A stretch of DNA of 59,164 bases, filler included, from 9 parts of 9 records of this genome joined end to end with filler, not necessarily neighbours in it, one strand, 5' to 3'. Counted from the first letter of the whole stretch, positions 32,879 to 43,268 are shown. A program made the numbers and translations. Notes: generated by a model from the sequence alone, not told the origin.

Positions 32879-33130
32879 TTAAAGCCCCAATTTCTTCCAA
32901 AAAACATCCGCAGAGATGTTCTCACCGGGTTCATCAAGAGCTTTTTTAGCGTCTTCAATATCAATATGATCCTCAATCTTCTGAAGCAACTGAAGTTCTT
33001 CAATAGAGATCAAAGCAGCAATTTCTTGTCCTCGTCTAGTCAAAACCACAGGTTCTTTTCCGTAAGCAACTGTATTAACAATATCCGCAAAATTTTTTCT
33101 AGCATCAGCAGTTGTAATAGTTTTATTCAT
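32879..33130 (-). CDS. Phd/YefM family antitoxin
   Basis: ITTADARKNFADIVNTVAYGKEPVVLTRRGQEIAALIS; directly upstream of the toxin. Confidence 0.92.
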   Translation of the reverse strand: MNKTITTADARKNFADIVNTVAYGKEPVVLTRRGQEIAALISIEELQLLQKIEDHIDIEDAKKALDEPGENISADVFWKKLGL

Positions 33131-33144
33131 AGCTCACCCTCTCG

Positions 33145-33168
33145 TGTACCTTTTGTACACATTGTACA
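33145..33168. promoter_or_regulatory. Putative toxin-antitoxin autoregulatory operator (TGTAC repeats)
   Basis: TGTACC/TGTACA/TGTACA at 33145, 33154, 33163, just upstream of the antitoxin start. Confidence 0.55.
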
Positions 33169-33484
33169 AGAAGGGTTTTTCTAAATCAATCAAATAAAAA
33201 TTATAGCACAAACAACGAGTGAGGCACTCGTAGATTTCACTAAATAACTGCCGGGAACAGCAACCGTGCCATTGGGCCAATAAAAAAACAGCATAATATT
33301 TTTTTTTTAACAGCACACAAATCGAGAAAAACGCCTAGTCTCGCAACGCAAACCTCAACATCACAACCACCTAACTCCCTGCAATTTCGTATTTAAAATT
33401 TGACAATGCCCTTTTCCATACCATACGATTATTCGAAACAGGTAGCTAAAAACTGTTTCACCAACCATTCTCAAGGAGGTTTGT

Positions 33485-33739
33485 ATGAAAAAAATCACGT
33501 TAACACTCTTCTTTCTTCTCTTTTTCGCCGTGGCAGCTCTGGCAAAAATAAATATCAACACAGCAACGGCGAACGAACTCTCCTCCCTCCCTGGAATCGG
33601 GCAGGCTAAAGCCCAAGCCATAGTAAAATATCGCAAACAGGCAGGAGAATTTAAAACAGTGGAAGACATTACCAACGTCAAAGGTATTGGAGACAAAATG
33701 CTCAAAAAGATAAAACCTGAAATCACTGTCGGTTCGTAA
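33485..33739 (+). CDS. comEA: ComEA-like helix-hairpin-helix DNA-binding protein with signal peptide
   Basis: ININTATANELSSLPGIGQAKAQAIVKYR...F..VEDI.NVKGIG. Confidence 0.88.
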   Translation: MKKITLTLFFLLFFAVAALAKININTATANELSSLPGIGQAKAQAIVKYRKQAGEFKTVEDITNVKGIGDKMLKKIKPEITVGS

Positions 33740-33845
33740 AAATGCGCTTCCCATGCTCGGTGCAGAGCATGGGGAGCAGCCACCCCCACAAACATCTATG
33801 CACTCCGCAAATCTCCACATTCTCATCCACAATTTCCAAAAAACA

Positions 33846-33861
33846 TGGCACACATCATGCT
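33846..33861 (+). promoter_or_regulatory. Putative sigma-54 (-24/-12) promoter
   Basis: TGGCACACATCATGCT, GG-N10-GC spacing, about 60 nt upstream of ATG 33924. Confidence 0.6.
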
Positions 33862-33923
33862 AGTAGAATATTGCAGTATCGTATCATTTAATACTCAAGG
33901 ATTCTACTACCTCACCAGCCGCC

Positions 33924-35837
33924 ATGATGTTAAAAAATGTGACCCTAATAATCACAACGCTTATCTACTGCCTCTTCACTACCATGGCAGCCGCAGCCGA
34001 CCACTCCATACATATTGAATGGGGCTACACACCACCCAGCGACCCACCACTTTCAGGATACAATCTCTACCAAGAAGGATCGCTTGCCTGCACCACCAAC
34101 GATCCTCAGGCAACAGCCATGGACTGCGAAGTGTCGTTGACCGGAGACACCGTTAATTTCACCCTTACAGCCATATTCAGCAATGGCTCAGAAAGTCCAC
34201 ACTCAGCCCCTTTTCCTTTTTCGATCCCTACTGATGAAACCACCGATGAAGCTGCAGGAGGCAACGCCCCACCCATTGCTGCAATTAATCCCTCTGTCAC
34301 CACAGGAGAAGCACCGCTAACCGTCATTTTTGACGGCTCAGACTCCAGTGACAGCGACGGCACCATAAGCAGCTACACATGGAACTTTAGTGACAACTCT
34401 TCAATAACTGGCAAACAGGTAAGCCACACCTTCACCGATGCTGATACCTTTACTGCTAGCCTCCAGGTAACCGACGATAAAGGGCTGACAAGCACTACCA
34501 GTATTCCGATTATCGTAACCGCCCCCGCCCAAGAGACAAACCAGCTGCCAACCGCAGCTATAAGTATAACAACATCAACCGGTACTGCACCGCTAACAGT
34601 AAGCTTCAGTGCATCCGACTCCATTGATCCGGACGGAACAATAAAAGACTACATCTGGAATTTCGGTGACGACTCTTCAGCCAGTGGTGTTTCAGCAACC
34701 CATACCTACGCTGTAGAAGACAACTATATAGCCACGCTCCAAATAACTGACGACAAAGGCATGACCGATGTCGCAAGTACAACTATTACAGTTAACCCTC
34801 CGGAAAAAAACACACTATTCGCCGTCGAGATTGGCGAGGTAGCAGTGAACCACAAATGGAAGCGGGTCGAACTTGAAAAATCCTTTAACGATCCGGTCAT
34901 CATCGCGGGCCCCCCAAGCTTTAACGGCATTGCCCCAGGAGTGGTACGCCTGCGTAATATTGCCCCTACTGGATTTGAAATTCAATTTGCGGAATGGGAC
35001 TATCTTGACGGCTACCACGCGACAGAAACCGTGAACTACCTCGTCGTGGAAAAGGGGTGTCATAATGTAAATGGCACCATTATAGAAGCAGGCACATTAA
35101 CAGGATCAACAAACTTTAAAACAACGAATTTTCAAAAATCGTTTGTCGGCACACCTATAGTGGTGACAACAATTGCATCAATGAACGATACGGAAACAAT
35201 AAGCGGCCGCCTGAGAAAAGTCTCACCATCTGGATTTGAATATTTCTTCAGAGAGCAGGAAGCTAATGCTCAAATCCATGCAAACGAAACCGTAAACTAC
35301 CTGGCGTGGGAGCAAGGTAATGGTTCAATAGATGCAATCAACTATGAAGCATCGCGCACTGCTAACACACTCACCCATGCCTGGAAATATATAGACTATC
35401 AAAATGCAACCGAACAATTACCCTTCATTTTTGCATTCATCCAAACCACTGATGGCTGGGAAACCTCTGCTGTAAGAATGACGAATTCGACCGAGAAAGG
35501 ATTTCAAGTGAAAGTGGAAGAAGAGCAATCAAAAGACAGCGAGGTTAACCACACAACAGAGGCAATAGGTTACCTGGTGCTTACACCTGATGCCCAACTC
35601 GAAGCATTGGAAAAAACAGTCACTCTTGCCTGGACGTTCGATAGCGAAGCAGAAGACACAATAACAGGTTTTAATATATATAATAATGGGGAATTAATGT
35701 GCAAAGTATCGGACGTTACGGTTCGCAAAGTTTCCTGCAAAACCACCCTCACAAACAGCAATACGTTTACCATTTCTTCAGTTTCAACAACCGGAGATAG
35801 AAGTGATTTTTCAAACCAAATTCAATATAACAAATAA
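33924..35837 (+). CDS. Secreted protein with two PKD domains, terminal FN3-like domains and a repeated beta-rich region
   Basis: Signal peptide; GEAPLTVIFDGSDSSDSDGTISSYTWNF and GTAPLTVSFSASDSIDPDGTIKDYIWNFGD. Confidence 0.85.
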   Translation: MMLKNVTLIITTLIYCLFTTMAAAADHSIHIEWGYTPPSDPPLSGYNLYQEGSLACTTNDPQATAMDCEVSLTGDTVNFTLTAIFSNGSESPHSAPFPFSIPTDETTDEAAGGNAPPIAAINPSVTTGEAPLTVIFDGSDSSDSDGTISSYTWNFSDNSSITGKQVSHTFTDADTFTASLQVTDDKGLTSTTSIPIIVTAPAQETNQLPTAAISITTSTGTAPLTVSFSASDSIDPDGTIKDYIWNFGDDSSASGVSATHTYAVEDNYIATLQITDDKGMTDVASTTITVNPPEKNTLFAVEIGEVAVNHKWKRVELEKSFNDPVIIAGPPSFNGIAPGVVRLRNIAPTGFEIQFAEWDYLDGYHATETVNYLVVEKGCHNVNGTIIEAGTLTGSTNFKTTNFQKSFVGTPIVVTTIASMNDTETISGRLRKVSPSGFEYFFREQEANAQIHANETVNYLAWEQGNGSIDAINYEASRTANTLTHAWKYIDYQNATEQLPFIFAFIQTTDGWETSAVRMTNSTEKGFQVKVEEEQSKDSEVNHTTEAIGYLVLTPDAQLEALEKTVTLAWTFDSEAEDTITGFNIYNNGELMCKVSDVTVRKVSCKTTLTNSNTFTISSVSTTGDRSDFSNQIQYNK

Positions 35838-36133
35838 CCTCGCCTTAACCTTGAGGTGTACTTGTCCAGCAGTGCTAAAGATGCGTACAAACAGGCTGGC
35901 CTACGACAGTAATGCTCTATTTTCCTGCCTAATCTATCGTGCAAAGAGGTAAGCGCAGACTCCGGGTAAACGACTTAGGTCGTCAATCAAAATCCTGTAT
36001 TTATAACTGCTTGCAGGGTGCCGGGGATTTTCGNNNNNNNNNNNNNNNNNNNNNNNNNNNNNNNNNNNNNNNNNNNNTTAATTAATTAANNNNNNNNNNN
36101 NNNNNNNNNNNNNNNNNNNNNNNNNNNNNNNNN

Positions 36134-36478
36134 AACGGTCGCAACAGCCTGGAGTTTGTCGGTAGCGGTCTGTACTCCCCGCGCGGGGCCTCGGCCTGCG
36201 CCGAAGGCCAGCGCGTCATCAGCGACGGACAGTGGCATCACGTGGCCGCCACGTACGATGGGCGCCGCATTGCTCTGTACGTGGACGGGATGCTGGATGC
36301 GTCGTGTCCTGCTTCGGGCCGTTTGCAGACGAACGACTATCCGGTGTGCATCGGTGGCAACGCCGAGCGCTTGGGGCGGGACTGGAACGGCTGGATCGAC
36401 GACATGCGCATCTACAGTTATGCCCTCAACCAGACTGAGATTGTGGACCTTCACGCGGCGGGAGTGCAAAGCCCATGA
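36134..36478 (+). CDS. LamG/concanavalin-like domain protein, C-terminal fragment
   Basis: Frame open from the spacer: DGQWHHVAATYDG..IALYVDG...WNGWIDDMRIYSYALN..EI. Confidence 0.85.
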   Translation, partial: NGRNSLEFVGSGLYSPRGASACAEGQRVISDGQWHHVAATYDGRRIALYVDGMLDASCPASGRLQTNDYPVCIGGNAERLGRDWNGWIDDMRIYSYALNQTEIVDLHAAGVQSP

Positions 36479-36611
36479 AGTTCAGGGCGAGTCTGCGTAT
36501 CTGGACTTCCCCGAACTGTTCGAGACGGCCGGCCGCGTCCTGGTGCTCGGTGGGGCCGTGATGGTGCAGAGCCGGGCTCGTGCGAGGTCCGCTGCGGACA
36601 GGGTTCGTAGG

Positions 36612-37565
36612 TCAGGCGCGTTTCAGATGCAACTCCATCTTGATGTTGGCGCGTTCGTTGTGATAGTCCTCTTTGGCAATGACGCGGAAGCCCTTTTTGA
36701 AGTACAGGTTGATGGCCGGCGCCAGGAGTGTGTTGGAGTAGAGAATCAGCTTCTGCGCACGGACGGCCCGGGCCTGGTCCAGAGCATGGTCCAGCAGTGC
36801 CGTGCCGATCCCGCGTTTCTGGTGGGCGGCGGTGACGGCCATCTTGGCGATCTCATAGACGTGGGCATCGACCCGCATCAGCGCGTAGGTCCCCACGATC
36901 TCATTCCCTGATTGAGCGAAGTAGATGCAGCCGCCTTGGTTGATGACATACCGCTTCGGATGCGACAGCACGCGTTCGTCCGAGGGCTCGACGGTGAAGT
37001 GTTTCTCGATCCATTCGCAGTTCAGGCGCCTGAAAGCGTCTCTCAGAGATTCGTCGTAGGGGACGATGCCGATAGGGGGCCTCTCCTGTTGGGCAAGTTG
37101 TCGGAGAACGCGCTCTTTCAGCGTTTCTTGGGCGTACTGTTCCTCGAAGGCTTCCAGGGCGCGCAACAGATTGTCATCGGCGCGTGCGGACATCTGCAGG
37201 ACCGCCTTCTCGACTTCCTGCCATATGGGTTCCAGGGTGCGCGCGATTTCCCTGCCTTTGCGGTGCAGGGCGATCTCGCGTATCCGATGGTCCTTTGGGT
37301 GCTGTTGCACCGTGATCAAGCCGTGTTTTTTCAGCCTGTTGCACATCTGCGTCACAGCCGGTTGGGAGACCCCCAGGCAGGCGGCGATCTCGCTGGCTTG
37401 CAGCTTGCCCTTCGTTTCCAGCAGGCGGGCGATCGGCATGAGCAGCGGCTCAAACTCAATCTTCTGGGCGGCATAAATCGCTTTGACATCCCGGTTTAGC
37501 TTGCCCACCAGTCGTTTCATGCGAGACGCCAAAGCCAGGGCCCCTAGTTCCCGGATGTAGTCCAT
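36612..37565 (-). CDS. Bifunctional MarR-type HTH regulator / GNAT acetyltransferase
   Basis: LGALALASRMKRL, EIAACLGVSQPAVTQ, D.R; YEIAKMAVTAAHQKRGIG, A.NLY.K.GF. Confidence 0.9.
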   Translation of the reverse strand: MDYIRELGALALASRMKRLVGKLNRDVKAIYAAQKIEFEPLLMPIARLLETKGKLQASEIAACLGVSQPAVTQMCNRLKKHGLITVQQHPKDHRIREIALHRKGREIARTLEPIWQEVEKAVLQMSARADDNLLRALEAFEEQYAQETLKERVLRQLAQQERPPIGIVPYDESLRDAFRRLNCEWIEKHFTVEPSDERVLSHPKRYVINQGGCIYFAQSGNEIVGTYALMRVDAHVYEIAKMAVTAAHQKRGIGTALLDHALDQARAVRAQKLILYSNTLLAPAINLYFKKGFRVIAKEDYHNERANIKMELHLKRA

Positions 37566-37781
37566 TTGCCCGTATCTCCAGTGGATCGAATATGTTTAGA
37601 TGGTTACTTAAGGTATTAAGTATATCGCGGTGTGCCGGAACCTCAAGGCTTTTTACGACTGGAGGAGGACAAGAGAGAAATTTGGCCTTATTCTGGAAAC
37701 TGGCGACAGATTCTCCCTGTGGGGCGAGAAGAGTATGTGAAGGGCATCGGTACTCGCCGTGGAAGGTGTGGGAGTCAGCGA

Positions 37782-38321
37782 GTGGATGGAGACGCGGAGA
37801 GATTCGTCATTGACTGCGCCTGCAATGGCAGCCAACAGGCGTGGTGCAGGTTATTCGAGTGGCATTTCGACGCGGTCTATCGCTTCTGTCTGATTTTGGC
37901 GGCCGGGCGGCAAGATTTGGCGGAGGAGATCGCGCAGCAGGTGTTCGTCACGGCTGCAGCGCGTCTGCACCGCTTTCGGCCTGAGCAGGGGACCTTCCGC
38001 GCATGGCTGCATGGAATCGCCCGGAATTGCCACCTGACGCTCGTCGCGAAAGAGCAGCGACGACGGCGCCACGAGGCACTGCCACACCGGGAAGACGCCG
38101 GGTCGACCGGAAGTCCGCACCCGAACGTGCTGGTGCACGAGGTGCTGGCGCGACTGCCGTTCGAATACCGCTGTGTGTTGGAGGACAAGTATCTCAAGCG
38201 ACAAACCACGAGAGAAATGGCCCAGACCTACGGCAAGAGCGTCGAGGCGATCGAGTCCCTGCTGCGGAGGGCAAGGGATCGATTCGCCCCGATGTACAAA
38301 TCGATGCAGAATGAAAGGTAG
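37782..38321 (+). CDS. ECF RNA polymerase sigma factor
   Basis: Probable GTG start; AEEIAQQVF, FRAWLHGIARN, EMAQTYGKSVEAIESLLRRAR. Confidence 0.9.
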   Translation: MDGDAERFVIDCACNGSQQAWCRLFEWHFDAVYRFCLILAAGRQDLAEEIAQQVFVTAAARLHRFRPEQGTFRAWLHGIARNCHLTLVAKEQRRRRHEALPHREDAGSTGSPHPNVLVHEVLARLPFEYRCVLEDKYLKRQTTREMAQTYGKSVEAIESLLRRARDRFAPMYKSMQNER

Positions 38322-38335
38322 CCTAGGGTGCGAGT

Positions 38336-38902
38336 ATGAGAAATCATGAGATCGACAAGCTGCTCGAAGAGAGCTTCTCCGGTGATCCGCCCGATCCGGC
38401 GTTTCGAACCCGGGTTCTCGGCGATTCTGTGGCAGCTCTCAACCGCGCCCGACGGACCCGGGTCCGACGTCGATGGCTGCGCTTCGCTGTGGCTGCCACC
38501 TTCATCGCCGGCGTGTCGTTTCTGCTGGGCCGCCACGCGGCGAGCCCGAGTGTGCCCTCCCCGCCACCGGGGCCTATCGTGGCAGAGCCGACAGCGACGA
38601 TGATGGTGTCGAGCGACCTGGTCGCCTGGCTGGATGCGGCCCGACTCTTCAAACAGTTAGGCATGGAGGACCGGATGGCCCACGCCATCGAGCGTGCCGG
38701 CAAGCTGCGCCCGTATCAGGGCACTCTGGCCGATCATTCTGTCGAACGCGGGCTCGCCGCCACCGGTGATCAGGCGGCCGAGAAAGAGAGGAATTCAGTG
38801 GGATTGGCCGTCCTACCACGTCTCTACGAGCCGATCCGGAGTACCGATGGGATCATGGCACATTCTTTTGGAGGCGGCAGCCATGCAAGCGAGAGGGATT
38901 AG
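38336..38902 (+). CDS. Putative anti-sigma factor (single TM)
   Basis: Directly downstream of the ECF gene; basic stretch followed by FAVAATFIAGVSFLLG. Confidence 0.6.
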   Translation: MRNHEIDKLLEESFSGDPPDPAFRTRVLGDSVAALNRARRTRVRRRWLRFAVAATFIAGVSFLLGRHAASPSVPSPPPGPIVAEPTATMMVSSDLVAWLDAARLFKQLGMEDRMAHAIERAGKLRPYQGTLADHSVERGLAATGDQAAEKERNSVGLAVLPRLYEPIRSTDGIMAHSFGGGSHASERD

Positions 38903-40217
38903 AGTATTGTTGTGCGTTATATGTCTGGGCCCGGCGGCACTGGTTGGGGCGCAGAGCAAGGCGCCCAGTGTCCTGCAGCGCGTGCAGAATGTGGACGACC
39001 CCGAGTTGGGGGAGTTGATTCGCGTGGCCTTGGAGAATCAACGCAAGGTGCGCCGTCTCGGCCAGGAGGGGACCCTGGAACTGATCCGCAAGGTGACCCT
39101 GAGCTACACGCAAATCAAACTGCTCGACCAGCAGATCGCGGAGGTCGACCGCAAGCTCGGCATGACTAGTGGACCTGCGGAAATGCGCTATGAGCTGTTA
39201 CTGGCCAAGACGGAGTTGGAGGCGAAGCTCACGGACGAGCTGGCGCAACTGCGGGAGTTGATGGGGGTCATCCCCAGGCACCCCTTCGATAAACAGCCGG
39301 TAGAGTCGCTGAATACCTGGCTGCGTTTGAACCCGATTGATGGGCGTGTGTTTGTGCTCGACACCGCCAGACCGTACCTGCAGTATTGGGCCCACACGGC
39401 CTACAAGTCGCTGGGGTTGATGTCCGAGGAGGACGCGCTGGCGGTGGTCCGGGAACGGGCGAACGATCCGAGTCGGCTTCCCATACGCGTCGATGTTCTG
39501 CGCACCGGCGAGGCGGCCGACACCCTGCGTCAGCGTGTGATCGAGGTGATCAAGGAGTGCGGCGCTCAAATGCATGCCGAAGTACGCTCGGAGGGGGCCC
39601 ACTGGCGGGGCCGGGGAGACGCGCCCTTCTATGTGAGAGATGGCCAGATACGGACGTTCTATCCGGTGCCCGTGAGGCGACCGAATGGCGGTACTACCGA
39701 TTTGCTCTACTCCGGTATTGTCGATCCGTCTGAGCTCGATCAGCATATCCTTTGGCGCATTACGTTTCAGTGGAATGTGCCCTTCAAGTTCCGCATCGAG
39801 TATGATCGAGGCGGCTTCGACACGGCCCAGCACATCAGCGAGGAGATCCGGCGCATCGTCAAGCGCCTTAACGTCGGTGAACTGGTGGACGTCAATTCCG
39901 TGCTGGTGGATACCATTCCTGAAGCGATCTATCTGGGTCGCTGGCGGGCGATGACTCCGGGTAAGATCCTTGAAGTTGCGATCCGGCCGGAAGGCCGCAG
40001 CGAGTTGAAGATGAGGCAGAAAGAAGACGTATCCACGGTGGCAGCGCCGTGGACGCTGATTACCAGGGAGATACTCATAGAGACCGGCCACTTGGAGATG
40101 TACCGGGGACAAATGGACGGCGAAGGTCATCTCGTCCTCGAGCGGGGGCAGATCTTCCCCCAGGGCAGTTGGCATGACCAGGGGGGGCCGCCGATAGTGC
40201 TCGAAAAGGTGCGATAG
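38883..40217 (+). CDS. Exported hypothetical protein
   Basis: ATG 38883 after GGAGG; signal peptide; coiled-coil N-terminal region. Confidence 0.65.
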   Translation: MQARGIRVLLCVICLGPAALVGAQSKAPSVLQRVQNVDDPELGELIRVALENQRKVRRLGQEGTLELIRKVTLSYTQIKLLDQQIAEVDRKLGMTSGPAEMRYELLLAKTELEAKLTDELAQLRELMGVIPRHPFDKQPVESLNTWLRLNPIDGRVFVLDTARPYLQYWAHTAYKSLGLMSEEDALAVVRERANDPSRLPIRVDVLRTGEAADTLRQRVIEVIKECGAQMHAEVRSEGAHWRGRGDAPFYVRDGQIRTFYPVPVRRPNGGTTDLLYSGIVDPSELDQHILWRITFQWNVPFKFRIEYDRGGFDTAQHISEEIRRIVKRLNVGELVDVNSVLVDTIPEAIYLGRWRAMTPGKILEVAIRPEGRSELKMRQKEDVSTVAAPWTLITREILIETGHLEMYRGQMDGEGHLVLERGQIFPQGSWHDQGGPPIVLEKVR

Positions 40218-40524
40218 CGGGCGAGCGTTGGGACCGAAGAAAATGGCCTCGGCGGAGGTCCAGAGGGCCAGCGAAGATCGGTGGTATCGGCCATCGGAAC
40301 CGATACCATCGGTCCTGCTTGAGATAGGATTTGCTTGTTCCTCGGCAGGATGTACACTGAGGAGGATTAGCAGGCGCGGGAAGTGGAGGGCACCGCCGCG
40401 CCTTTGGCTTCTTGAGCACGCTTTGCGGTCGTTGTGACAAAAGGAGATGATGCAGGCTCCAATGCCGGCGGTTTCATCGGAACATGCCTGCTTTCAGAGG
40501 AATCCTTTTGAAGGGAGAGTAGCC

Positions 40525-42480
40525 ATGTCGACGCGATTCTTTTTGATCCTGACCGTGCTGTTCTTGTTCCTGGCCTCGGCGGCGCACGCGGCTGACATCC
40601 TGGTGGTGACGGAGAACCTGGACCAGAATGTCGACGGCGTCGCGGATGACCAGGGGTTGATCGATTGGCTGGTCGCCGAAGGGCATTCCGTGGACGTCCG
40701 GCGTGACCACTGGATGACCCTGAATTCCGAGAAGATCGCGCAGTTGAACGGGGCCGATCTGATCCTGGTCAGCCGCATGACCGACAGTGTTTTCTACGAT
40801 TCCGAGGACGAGCCGACCCAATGGAATTCCGTGACGACCCCGCTGCTGCTGATGAACCCTTTCTGCGCGCGTAACACGCGCTGGAGCTGGGTCGATGCTG
40901 CCTCTGCGACGGAAACCACGCCGCTTCTCCAGGCCGAGGTGGTGGACGCGGGGCACCCGGTCTTTAGGGGCGTGACGCTGATGGCAGTCAATTCGGGTGC
41001 TGTCACCGACGTGGTCCAGGTCGTCGATCCGTTCGTCGGCACTGGACTGACCTCGGTCATCACCACCGACGATATGGGCAATGGCCGACTCATTGCCAAG
41101 CCGGTGGGGCTGGATATGGCCTGGATCGCCGAGTGGGACGCCGGCGTGGAGTTCTACGACGGGGCCGGTCAGTGTGCCGGGGGCAGGCGCATGCTGTTCT
41201 GCGCCGGCACCCAGCAGATAGGCGGCACCCCCAAGGGCGAGTTCAACCTGACGCATGACGGTCGGCACATGCTGCGCAACGCGATCACCTATCTGGTCGG
41301 CGGCGCCCATATCATCCTGGTCACGGAAGCGAGGGACTGGAACCTGGACGGGCTCCGAGACGACCACAATTTGGAGACCTTCCTCGTCTCCGAGGGGCAT
41401 GTCGTCGATGTCCGCCCGGACTACTGGAGACAGCTCAATCCCACGAAGACCGCGGCGTTGAATGCGACCGATCTGATCATCGTCAGTCGATCATGCTGGA
41501 GCGAGCTCTACAGCGATGGCGACGAGCCGGCGCGGTGGAACGCGCTGGCAACGCCACTGCTGCTGATGAATCCCTATTTCGCGCGCAACTTCCGGTGGAA
41601 TTGGGTCGACGCTGACTTTGTGACAGCCGACACTGCGGATATCTACGCCGAGGCGCTCGACCCCGGTCATTCCATCTTCAGCGGTGTCCCGATGATGACG
41701 TTTGATTCGAGCTATGCACACGGTCCGGCCCATGCCGTGCAGCTAATCGATTCCGACGTCGGCTCGGGGATCACGTCGTTCATCGTCACGACCAACATGG
41801 GTAACGGTCGACTCCTGGCCAGGCCGGTGGGCCTGAACATGGGCTGGATCGCCGAGTGGGATGCCGGGGCGGCGTTCTACCCGGGCGCGGGCCAGTACGC
41901 CGGTGGCAAACGGATGATGTTCTCAGCCGGGACGCAGGAGATTCAATTCACCGATCCCGACACCGGGCAGCTGATGACGACCACCCAGGGCGAGCTGAAC
42001 CTCTCGCCCGAGGGGCTCCAGGTCTTCCGCAACGCGATCGCTTATCTGTTGGCGCCGGAAGCTGCCGGTTCGACTTTCGGTATTTATCGTCTGGATACCG
42101 GGGAGTTGGTGTTGTCCGATCGGGACATTGCGGCCTACGTCGGAGCCACGCACGAGATCGAACTCAACGAGTCGGGCCTGGCAAAATGGAGATCCTATAC
42201 GGCTGACGGTCGCTGGTACGATGCGGATGGGTTATACCAGAAGGAGTTCGCTGTCCGGATCGATGACAGAGAGATCTATCGGGGTAGGTTTTGGTCGATC
42301 TTCTCGTCCGTGGCGGTCGAGGGCGTCGTCATTTTTGATGTGGCGTTCCCCTTTGAGGGAGAGCTGTGCACGATCCGCATAGAGTACAACTATCCGGGGC
42401 CCCCGGACGATGGTGCGGGCGATCCGCGCAGCGATCCGGAGATCCTTGACTTCTTCGCCCAAAAGGGTACACTGAAATAG
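40525..42480 (+). CDS. Secreted protein with an internal tandem duplication of about 240-250 aa
   Basis: Signal peptide ending AHA; two copies of I..VTE..D.N.DG..DD..L...LV.EGH.VDVR.D.W...TPLLLMNP..ARN.RW.WVD...MGNGRL.A.PVGL.M.WIAEWDAG. Confidence 0.8.
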   Translation: MSTRFFLILTVLFLFLASAAHAADILVVTENLDQNVDGVADDQGLIDWLVAEGHSVDVRRDHWMTLNSEKIAQLNGADLILVSRMTDSVFYDSEDEPTQWNSVTTPLLLMNPFCARNTRWSWVDAASATETTPLLQAEVVDAGHPVFRGVTLMAVNSGAVTDVVQVVDPFVGTGLTSVITTDDMGNGRLIAKPVGLDMAWIAEWDAGVEFYDGAGQCAGGRRMLFCAGTQQIGGTPKGEFNLTHDGRHMLRNAITYLVGGAHIILVTEARDWNLDGLRDDHNLETFLVSEGHVVDVRPDYWRQLNPTKTAALNATDLIIVSRSCWSELYSDGDEPARWNALATPLLLMNPYFARNFRWNWVDADFVTADTADIYAEALDPGHSIFSGVPMMTFDSSYAHGPAHAVQLIDSDVGSGITSFIVTTNMGNGRLLARPVGLNMGWIAEWDAGAAFYPGAGQYAGGKRMMFSAGTQEIQFTDPDTGQLMTTTQGELNLSPEGLQVFRNAIAYLLAPEAAGSTFGIYRLDTGELVLSDRDIAAYVGATHEIELNESGLAKWRSYTADGRWYDADGLYQKEFAVRIDDREIYRGRFWSIFSSVAVEGVVIFDVAFPFEGELCTIRIEYNYPGPPDDGAGDPRSDPEILDFFAQKGTLK

Positions 42481-42764
42481 ACGGGATGAGCAACTGCACG
42501 GGCTTTTNNNNNNNNNNNNNNNNNNNNNNNNNNNNNNNNNNNNNNNNNNNNTTAATTAATTAANNNNNNNNNNNNNNNNNNNNNNNNNNNNNNNNNNNNN
42601 NNNNNNNATCAGCCTCTGTCGAATCGTCTTGACCATGATTTAATTATAGACGATATAGGGCGGCCCTGCCTTGTAGGAGAGCGGAAATCGGCAGTTAGAT
42701 GAAACTAAGGAAGACTCTCCCCTCCCGGAGACCTCTTTACTCCGGTGAAGAGAGAAGGGGTAAG

Positions 42765-43268
42765 TCAGGATCCGAGATTGAAGAGGATGCCCGTTTTTAC
42801 CCGGGTCACCGTATTGATCCAGTCGGGAGCTCCGATAACAAGATCCTGCTGTAGCTCCAGAAACCACTTCATATACTCGTGAACCTGCGCTCTGATCCCC
42901 CCGCGGACATAGGGCCCCATATAGAAGTCCGTCCCGTCGTCAAACATAAACTGGGGAGTCAGCCCCACTCCGACCAGGTAGTGAAGCGGCTGCTCCTCAC
43001 TGAAGACGAAGTTCAGCCCCAGATCGAAGGGGACATAAAAGCTGGCGTCCACATCGCCCCCGTCGCTTTCCGTTGCGATCCCGAAGTTCACGCCCAGATT
43101 GAATTCCATTCCCTCCGCGATGGGTACGATCATGGAGGAACTCATATCCAGAAAGTTCTTATCATAGTTGAAGAAGTCTCCTCCGATACCGGCCGAAAAG
43201 GAAGGCTGGGCGGAGACGGCCGTTACGGCGGAGCAAAAGATAATCATTGCAATAAGTATTCTTTTCAT
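42765..43268 (-). CDS. Small exported, probable outer-membrane beta-barrel protein
   Basis: Signal peptide MKRILIAMIIFCSAVTAVSA; amphipathic beta strands. Confidence 0.6.
   Translation of the reverse strand: MKRILIAMIIFCSAVTAVSAQPSFSAGIGGDFFNYDKNFLDMSSSMIVPIAEGMEFNLGVNFGIATESDGGDVDASFYVPFDLGLNFVFSEEQPLHYLVGVGLTPQFMFDDGTDFYMGPYVRGGIRAQVHEYMKWFLELQQDLVIGAPDWINTVTRVKTGILFNLGS

Noticed and set aside
36156-36911. 251-aa plus-strand ORF
   Set aside because: Overlaps the LamG fragment out of frame and the MarR-GNAT gene antisense; no motif support.
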